From Chloroflexota bacterium (GTDB taxonomy: Bacteria; Chloroflexota; Limnocylindria; Limnocylindrales; CSP1-4), in contig JANNUK010000199.1 in assembly GCA_031395155.1 (NCBI GenBank), forward strand, positions 1-32,706: 32,706 bases of DNA, in the 5' to 3' direction. Below are positions 27,051 through 32,706 of the stretch, piece after piece. The notes under the pieces are model-generated. The model worked only from the letters and a program-made list of their open reading frames with translations, searched no databases and was not told where the DNA came from. How positions within the stretch are numbered: the stretch's first letter is position 1; each line of letters starts with the position of its first letter. The position numbers were made by a program, and so were the translations under genes.

Positions 27051-28007
27051 ATGGGCACCTTCATCGTCCGCCGTCTCCTCATCAGCATCCCGGTCTTTGT
27101 TGGGATCACGATGCTGGTGTTCGTGTTCGTGGCGCTTGCCCCGGGCGATGCGACCGCGGCCATGACCCGCCCGGAGTCACTAGGCAACCCCGCGATCCGC
27201 CAGGCCATCATCGAGCGCTACGGGCTGGACCAGCCCATCCCCATCCGGTACGTCCGCTGGCTTAGTGGCGTTCTCCAGGGTGAGTTGGGCTACCGCCTGA
27301 TCGGCGGCCAACCGATCGCCAGCGAGATCGCCCGTTCGTTCCTCGCATCGTTCGTGCTGATGGGCACGGCCCTCGTCGGCGGCATCCTGGTCGGGGTCCC
27401 GCTCGGTGTGCTGTCTGCCGTCCGCCAGTATTCGAAGATCGACTTCACGCTGACCGGCATCACGTTCCTCGGCGTGTCGATGCCGTCATTCCTGTTGGGC
27501 ATCGGCGGCCTGTGGCTCGTCGGCCTCCAGCTGGGGCTCGTCCCCATCGCGGGGATGGTCACACCGGGTCAGCCGTTCGACCTGTTCGACTTCCTGCGCC
27601 ATCTTGCCCTGCCGTCGGCAATCCTCGGATTCGGGTTCGCGGCCATCTTCATGCGCTACACGAGGGCCTCGATGCTGGAGGTGATCAACGCCGACTACGT
27701 GACGACGGCTCGGGCGAAGGGCCTCGCCCCGAGGACCGTGATCAGCCGTCACGCGTTCCGTAACGCCATGATCCCGGTCATCACGCTGATTGGCCTCTAC
27801 ATCCCGGAGATGATCGGAGGTGCGGTCGTGACCGAGCAGGTCTTCAGCTGGCCCGGGCTCGGTCAGCTCGCGATCGACGGCGTGGTCTCGCGCGACTACT
27901 TCCTCATCATGGGGATCACGATGGTCCTGTCCGTCTTCGTGCTGCTCGCCAACCTGGTGACAGATGTGCTCTACGCCTTCGCCGACCCACGCATCCGGTT
28001 GACCTGA
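27051..28007 (+). CDS. ABC transporter permease (OppB/DppB-like)
   Basis: FIVRRLL, APGD, YGLDQP..IRYVRWL, HLALP, EAA loop YVTTARAKGL....RHAFRNA, GGAVVTEQVFSWPGLG, DVLYAFADPRI. Confidence 0.95.
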   Translation: MGTFIVRRLLISIPVFVGITMLVFVFVALAPGDATAAMTRPESLGNPAIRQAIIERYGLDQPIPIRYVRWLSGVLQGELGYRLIGGQPIASEIARSFLASFVLMGTALVGGILVGVPLGVLSAVRQYSKIDFTLTGITFLGVSMPSFLLGIGGLWLVGLQLGLVPIAGMVTPGQPFDLFDFLRHLALPSAILGFGFAAIFMRYTRASMLEVINADYVTTARAKGLAPRTVISRHAFRNAMIPVITLIGLYIPEMIGGAVVTEQVFSWPGLGQLAIDGVVSRDYFLIMGITMVLSVFVLLANLVTDVLYAFADPRIRLT

Positions 28008-28912
28008 TGAACGATTCGAGGACCGCAGCCCCGGGCGCGAGCCGCGCGGTTTCTGTCCGAGCCGAATCCCCGTCGCGACGGGCCATTCGCCGATTCCTTC
28101 GCCATCGACTGGCACTGGTCGGTCTGGTCGTGATCGGTGTGATCATCGTCCTCGCGATCCTGGGCGACGCAGAGCTGGCCAACCAGCAGAACCTCAGGCT
28201 GGGTTTCACCAACAAACCGCCCGGGGACGGCTTCCTGTTCGGCACCGATGCCCTGGGGCGAGACGTCCTCGCCCGGACCCTGGTGGGCGGCCGCATCTCG
28301 CTGGTCGTGGCGTTCGTGTCGGTCGCCATCGCGACGCTGATCGGGACGGCGGTGGGCGTGGTCTCGGGGTACCTCGGCGGCGCCGTCGATGTCGTCCTGA
28401 TGCGCTTCGTCGATATCGTCCTGAGCTTTCCGGTCATCCTCGTGCTCCTGGTCGTGGCAGCCCTCGTCGGACCCGGCATCGTCACCCTGGTCGTGATGAT
28501 CGGTGCGGTCACCTGGTCGCGTGGTGCGCGGATCGTGCGGGGGCAGGTGCTGACCCTGCGGGAATCGACGTTCATCGAGGCCGCGCGCGTCATCGGGGTG
28601 TCCGACGGGCGGATGATCCGGTCGCACATCCTGCCCAACATCATCGCCCCGCTGGTGGTGTTCGCCACCTTCGGCGTCGCCACCGTCGTCATCTTCGAGG
28701 CCAGCCTGTCGTACCTCGGGCTGGGGGTCCAGCCACCCACGCCGAGTTGGGGAAACATGCTGAACACCGCCCGCTCCGTGACCGTCCTCGAGCGCTACAC
28801 CTGGCAGTGGATTCCGCCGGCCACGTTGATCGTGTTGATGGTCCTCGCCGTCAACTTCGTCGGTGACGGTCTGCGCGACGCCTTCGATCAGCGCGCCACG
28901 AGCGAACGCTAG
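28007..28912 (+). CDS. ABC transporter permease (OppC/DppC-like)
   Basis: RRFLRHRLAL, FGTDALGRDVL, GGRISL, FIEAARVIG, HILPN, EASLSYLGLGVQPPTPSWG, NFVGDGLRDAFD. Confidence 0.95.
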   Translation: MNDSRTAAPGASRAVSVRAESPSRRAIRRFLRHRLALVGLVVIGVIIVLAILGDAELANQQNLRLGFTNKPPGDGFLFGTDALGRDVLARTLVGGRISLVVAFVSVAIATLIGTAVGVVSGYLGGAVDVVLMRFVDIVLSFPVILVLLVVAALVGPGIVTLVVMIGAVTWSRGARIVRGQVLTLRESTFIEAARVIGVSDGRMIRSHILPNIIAPLVVFATFGVATVVIFEASLSYLGLGVQPPTPSWGNMLNTARSVTVLERYTWQWIPPATLIVLMVLAVNFVGDGLRDAFDQRATSER

Positions 28913-30012
28913 GCCAGACGCACGGTCCGGCCGGTCCGGGCCGACTCGTAGGCTGCGTCGATCAGCTCCAACGCGCGAACCAGGGCGTCGCCGCCGGCCA
29001 GTGTCTCGCGCCCGGTCCGGATCGCGTCGAGCAGATCCTGCACGGCCGCGCGGCCGCCAGCGCCATAGCCGGGAATCGACGGGACGGCGTAGCTCGTACG
29101 CTCTTCTCGCAGGCCGCCATCGGCGCCGGCGGAGCTGAGGATGACAAGCTCCTCGTCGAGTCCCAGCTCGATCGACGCCTGGAGGCCGCGCAGGGCCAGT
29201 CGGCTGCGATACCCGCGACCCGGCAGCGCGTAGGCGTGGTGAACTGTCCCGATGGCACCGCCGGCGAACCGCAGGGCGACCGAGATCACGTCCTCGACCT
29301 CGAGTCCCGGGGCCCCTACCCGACCCGCCATCGCGCCCACCTCGACGACCGGCTCGCCGCTCAGCCAGAGGAGGGTGTCCAGGTCGTGGACACCGAGCCA
29401 GCTCAGGATCCCCCCGCCGCTCAGGGCAGGATCGAAGAGGCCGTTGCGTGGGTCGCGCAACTGCACGGTCGACGCTGCGAAGATCGCCTCCGCCGAGATC
29501 AGCCGCCCGAGACGCCCGGCGAGCACGGCCTGCTTGGCGGCCTGGGCGGCCGGCGAGTAGCGTCGCGTCAGCCCCACGACTGCCCGGACGCCGGCGGAGC
29601 GCACGGCATTGAAGGCGCGACGACCCTCGGGCGCGCTCCTGGCTGCCGGCTTGTCCACCAGCAGGTGGATCCCGGCCCGTGCGAGCTGCTCGATCGCCGC
29701 TGGGGCAGCGGCGTTGGGGAGGGTGACCAGCGCAAGGTCCAGGGCGTGCCGCTCCACCAGGTGCTCCAGCTTCGATTCGACCGGAAGGCCGCGGTAGCGT
29801 TCGCCCAGCTCGGGTCGCAGCGACGGGTCATGATGTGGCGGGGCGAGGGTGCGAGCAAGCCCAGGATCCGGGTCGTAGAGCGCGACGATCTCCAATTCGT
29901 CGGGGAATCCCTCGATCGTCTCCACCCAACCGGTGACGTGGTAGTGACCGAGACCGACGACCCCGACGCGTAGCCGTTGAGCGCGCCCGGGCGCTTCCGT
30001 GGTCGTGTCCAT
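28909..30012 (-). CDS. Gfo/Idh/MocA family oxidoreductase
   Basis: VGVVGLGHYH, HLLVDKPAA, GRLGRL, SGGGILSWLGVHDLD, EDV. Stop overlaps the convergent permease stop (CTAG). Confidence 0.88.
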   Translation of the reverse strand: MDTTTEAPGRAQRLRVGVVGLGHYHVTGWVETIEGFPDELEIVALYDPDPGLARTLAPPHHDPSLRPELGERYRGLPVESKLEHLVERHALDLALVTLPNAAAPAAIEQLARAGIHLLVDKPAARSAPEGRRAFNAVRSAGVRAVVGLTRRYSPAAQAAKQAVLAGRLGRLISAEAIFAASTVQLRDPRNGLFDPALSGGGILSWLGVHDLDTLLWLSGEPVVEVGAMAGRVGAPGLEVEDVISVALRFAGGAIGTVHHAYALPGRGYRSRLALRGLQASIELGLDEELVILSSAGADGGLREERTSYAVPSIPGYGAGGRAAVQDLLDAIRTGRETLAGGDALVRALELIDAAYESARTGRTVRLA

Positions 30013-30075
30013 CGCGTGGAGCCTCGCCTAACCGGTCAGGATCTCGTCGCTCGCCACGCGAACGGCGCGCAGGTG

Positions 30076-30095
30076 GATTGTCGACAATCTACGAT
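30076..30095. promoter_or_regulatory. Candidate GntR operator, perfect 14-bp palindrome GATTGTCGACAATC, in a divergent promoter
   Basis: Perfect palindrome at 30076-30089 followed by TACGAT. 14/16 identical to 680-695 (TTGTC[G/T]ACAAT[C/A]TACG). Confidence 0.6.
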
Positions 30096-30143
30096 ACGTC
30101 GTCAGGCGGCCAGCGGTCGCAGATCGCCGGAACGGAGTTTGGC

Positions 30144-31106
30144 ATGAACCAGGGTCCCGTCGTCGTCATCCCCGCTCCCATCGACGTGATGGACTGGAGT
30201 TACGAGGTGGAGCGTTCGATCCTGGGGCCGCTCGGGATCCGACTGGTCATCCCGGAATCGCCGGACGAGGCGCGGATCGCGATGCCGGACGCGGACGTCA
30301 TCTTCACGTCCAGCCCGATCACGGCTGACGACATCGCGACGTTCCGGGACTGCGTCGGCATCCTGTGCTACAGCGTCGGGATGGACTATGTCGACGCCGG
30401 GGCGGCGGCCGCGCGCGGGATCCCCGTGTGGAATTGCCCGACCTCGAACAACGAGGAGGTCTCCGATCACGCCGTGCTCCTGATCCTGGCCGCCCAACGG
30501 CGCCTGCTCCCGTTCGCCCTCGCCGCCGGCCGGGGCGATTGGGACGTCTACAGTTCGCCGCGGCTCAACGAGATGCATCGGATCGCGACGCGGACCATCG
30601 GGATCATCGGTCTGGGCCGGATCGGCCACCTGCTGGCCCGCAAGCTTCACGGATTCCGGCCGACGGTCATCGCCTTCGATCCGTTCATCGCTGAGACGGC
30701 CGACCCCGATGTCGAGCTCGTCACGCTCGATGAGTTGTGTGCCCGGGCAGACATCGTCGTCTCGTGCGCGGCCCTGACCGACAGCTCGCGCGGCCTGATC
30801 GACGCCACGACGATCGCGAAGATGCGGCCCGGGGTCATCGTGGTGAACGTGTCCCGTGGCGGGATCGTCGTCGAGGACGCGCTCGCCGATGCGCTCGAAT
30901 CCGGTCATGTCGCCTATGCCGCCCTGGACGTCCGCAGTCCCGAGCCGCCGGATCCAACCGCTGACCGGATCACGCAGCGGTCCGATGTGGTCCTCACCCA
31001 GCACATTGCAGCCAGCTCGGTGGAATCGATCGCAGCGCTGCATGTCGAAGCGGCCGACCAGATCATCGCGCTGCTCCGTCAGGCCGGCCGCCTGCCGGCC
31101 GGCTAG
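30144..31106 (+). CDS. D-isomer-specific 2-hydroxyacid dehydrogenase (SerA/CtBP-like), NAD-dependent
   Basis: SVGMDYVD, EEVSDHA, GIIGLGRIG, AFDPF, catalytic VNVSRGG / LDV..PEP / LTQHIA. ATG 30144 behind GGAG. Confidence 0.92.
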   Translation: MNQGPVVVIPAPIDVMDWSYEVERSILGPLGIRLVIPESPDEARIAMPDADVIFTSSPITADDIATFRDCVGILCYSVGMDYVDAGAAAARGIPVWNCPTSNNEEVSDHAVLLILAAQRRLLPFALAAGRGDWDVYSSPRLNEMHRIATRTIGIIGLGRIGHLLARKLHGFRPTVIAFDPFIAETADPDVELVTLDELCARADIVVSCAALTDSSRGLIDATTIAKMRPGVIVVNVSRGGIVVEDALADALESGHVAYAALDVRSPEPPDPTADRITQRSDVVLTQHIAASSVESIAALHVEAADQIIALLRQAGRLPAG

Positions 31107-31132
31107 CCGATCCCGCTCGACCAGGAGGATCC

Positions 31133-32074
31133 GTGGCTCGCTACCCAAGCACCGTGATGGTCAGCATCGTTTGCCCGTGGGACGAGAACGAACGCCTCGA
31201 CGAAGCGATGTTCCGGCGAGCGATCCGACACGCGCTGAACGCCAGGTTCCGCCACCTCTACGTCTTCGGGACCGCCGGTGAGGGGTATGCCGTCGACTCG
31301 GATCGGTTCCGCCAGGTCGTGGAGGCCTTTGGCGACGAGCTCGCCGGGACGGATGCGCAGGCGATGGTCGGGGTCATCGGGCTCTCGACCGCAATGGTCC
31401 TCGAACGGCTCCACGTCGCCCATCGCCTGGGGGCCCGAGCGTTCCAGATCTCGCTGCCGAGCTGGTCATCGCTGAGCGACGCGGAGGTCGTCACGTATGT
31501 CGAGACGATCTGCGGTGCCTTCCCGGATTCGGTCTTCATGCACTACAACACAGCCCGGGTCGGCCGGTTGGTCGAGGGGGCCCTCTACCGCGAGATCGTG
31601 GCCCGTGCGCCCAATCTCGTGGCGACGAAGACCATGACCGGGGACCTCTCGGTCGTCGCCAGCGTGGTCCGCGATGCGCCCGAGCTGATGCATTTCCTGG
31701 GTGAGCAGTCCATCGCGTACGGCGCGCTGTTCGGCGAAGTGGCCCTCCTGGGAACGTTCGGTGCGCTGGCACCCGACCAGTCGTGGAGGCTACTCCATGC
31801 CGCGGCGGAAGGCTGCCACGAGGAAGCCGCCGAGATCGGCTCGTGGTTCGCGAGGCTGAGCTCCGATCTCTTCACTCCGCTCATGGTCGACCGTCGGGTC
31901 GACGGCGCGTACGACAAGACGATCCAGAAGCTGTCCCCGGGCATGGGCGATTTCCCGCTGCGCATGCTGTCACCGTATCGGACGGTGTCCGACGTCGAGT
32001 TCGAGGGCGCCCTCACGACCCTTCTGGAGCGGTACCCGGACCTCGCTGCGGGATCGTCCCGATCTGCGCCGTGA
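31133..32074 (+). CDS. Dihydrodipicolinate synthase / N-acetylneuraminate lyase family aldolase or dehydratase
   Basis: VCPWDENERLDE, FGTAGEG, MVGV, FMHYN (Tyr), LVATKT (Schiff-base Lys). AGGAGG RBS before GTG. Confidence 0.85.
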   Translation: MARYPSTVMVSIVCPWDENERLDEAMFRRAIRHALNARFRHLYVFGTAGEGYAVDSDRFRQVVEAFGDELAGTDAQAMVGVIGLSTAMVLERLHVAHRLGARAFQISLPSWSSLSDAEVVTYVETICGAFPDSVFMHYNTARVGRLVEGALYREIVARAPNLVATKTMTGDLSVVASVVRDAPELMHFLGEQSIAYGALFGEVALLGTFGALAPDQSWRLLHAAAEGCHEEAAEIGSWFARLSSDLFTPLMVDRRVDGAYDKTIQKLSPGMGDFPLRMLSPYRTVSDVEFEGALTTLLERYPDLAAGSSRSAP

Positions 32075-32084
32075 CCCACGACCG

Positions 32085-32706
32085 ATGATCGTCGACTCGC
32101 ACGTGTATTGCTTCGTGTCGCCGGATCGAGCGGCCGGCCATCCGAGCGCGTCTGCCCATCTGGGCGAGGTGCAGGTATTTCATGCCCTCCATCACCAGCC
32201 GGCCTGGCGAACGCGCGATCGGGAGCCCTCGGACGCACGTCGTCTCCTGGATCCGACACCCGATCTTCCCTTGCGGCCGGCGAGCGGTGTGGACTTCCGC
32301 GTGGATCGGACCCACCACAGGCTGACATGGACACTGGATGGCGAGGACCACGCCAAGCAGATCTACCCACCGAATCTCCACGACGTCGCCTTCGAGCCGG
32401 GTAGCTGCATCGGCGAGATGGATTACGCGGGCGTCGACGCCGCGCTCATCCACGTGGACCGGGCGCTGGGGCTGGATGTCGCGTATCTGGCCGACTGTGT
32501 CCGGCGCTACCCCGGGCGGCTGTATTCGATGGCACCGGTCGATGAGGCTGCCATCGTCGGCGACCCCGACCGGGTCATCCAGGACCTGGAGCAGGCCGTC
32601 CGGGTCCACGGGTTGCATGTCATCAAGTTCATCCCCGAATACGCCTATCGAGCCGGCGGCGGGCCATGGGACGACGGTCCGTACCGGCCGTTCTGGGAGG
32701 CGGTCG
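32085..32706 (+). CDS. Amidohydrolase_2 family protein; 3' end runs off the window
   Basis: Not in the ORF track; translated by hand from ATG 32085: MIVDSHVYCF...GEMDYAGVDAALIH...YLADCVRRYPGRL...DLEQAVRVHGLHVIKF...WDDGPYRPFWEAV. Open to the window end. Confidence 0.82.
   Translation, partial: MIVDSHVYCFVSPDRAAGHPSASAHLGEVQVFHALHHQPAWRTRDREPSDARRLLDPTPDLPLRPASGVDFRVDRTHHRLTWTLDGEDHAKQIYPPNLHDVAFEPGSCIGEMDYAGVDAALIHVDRALGLDVAYLADCVRRYPGRLYSMAPVDEAAIVGDPDRVIQDLEQAVRVHGLHVIKFIPEYAYRAGGGPWDDGPYRPFWEAV

Noticed and set aside
1941-32074. Canonical sialic-acid (nan) utilisation cluster
   Set aside because: No NanK/ROK kinase, NanE epimerase, NagA/NagB or sialic-acid transporter type is recognisable, and the propellers lack RIP motifs. 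A nonulosonate-like substrate remains possible, but not via the standard route.
1-32706. CRISPR arrays, IS/transposases, integrases, tRNA/rRNA, defence or secondary-metabolite core genes
   Set aside because: No regularly spaced repeats, terminal inverted repeats, recombinase motifs, RNA-gene signatures or NRPS/PKS/ligase genes were seen. The recurring Asp-box codon patterns are protein-level repeats.

Overview
GC-rich bacterial DNA, about 70% GC by eye. The style of the lipoprotein and genes is compatible with Chloroflexota or Actinomycetota, but this is not provable here. The window is densely packed with 28 CDS, two of them cut by the window edges and missing from the ORF track. All appear to belong to one large catabolic island. 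Contents: 8 amidohydrolase-superfamily genes (2 N-acyl-D-amino-acid deacylase-like, 3 prolidase-like, 1 Atu3266/EF_0837-type, 2 amidohydrolase_2 including a tandem two-barrel fusion), an M20 amidohydrolase, 3 PLP enzymes (2 DSD1/D-threonine-aldolase family, 1 SelA-like/DgaE family), 3 signal-less Asp-box (sialidase-like) beta-propellers, 2 Gfo/Idh/MocA oxidoreductases, a uronate-dehydrogenase-like SDR, an enolase-superfamily acid-sugar dehydratase, a DHDPS/NAL-family aldolase, an FMN alpha-hydroxy-acid oxidase, a D-2-hydroxyacid dehydrogenase, a split Opp/Dpp-type ABC importer and one GntR(FCD) regulator. A candidate palindromic operator (TTGTC[G/T]ACAA) recurs at several promoters. No kinase, PTS, mobile element, RNA gene or CRISPR array is seen. 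Best hypothesis (inference): an undescribed non-phosphorylative, oxidative pathway for N-acylated amino sugars or amino-sugar acids, which are handled as N-acyl-D-amino acids. Several enzymes carry non-canonical catalytic residues. All family calls come from motif recognition by eye; no database searches were run.
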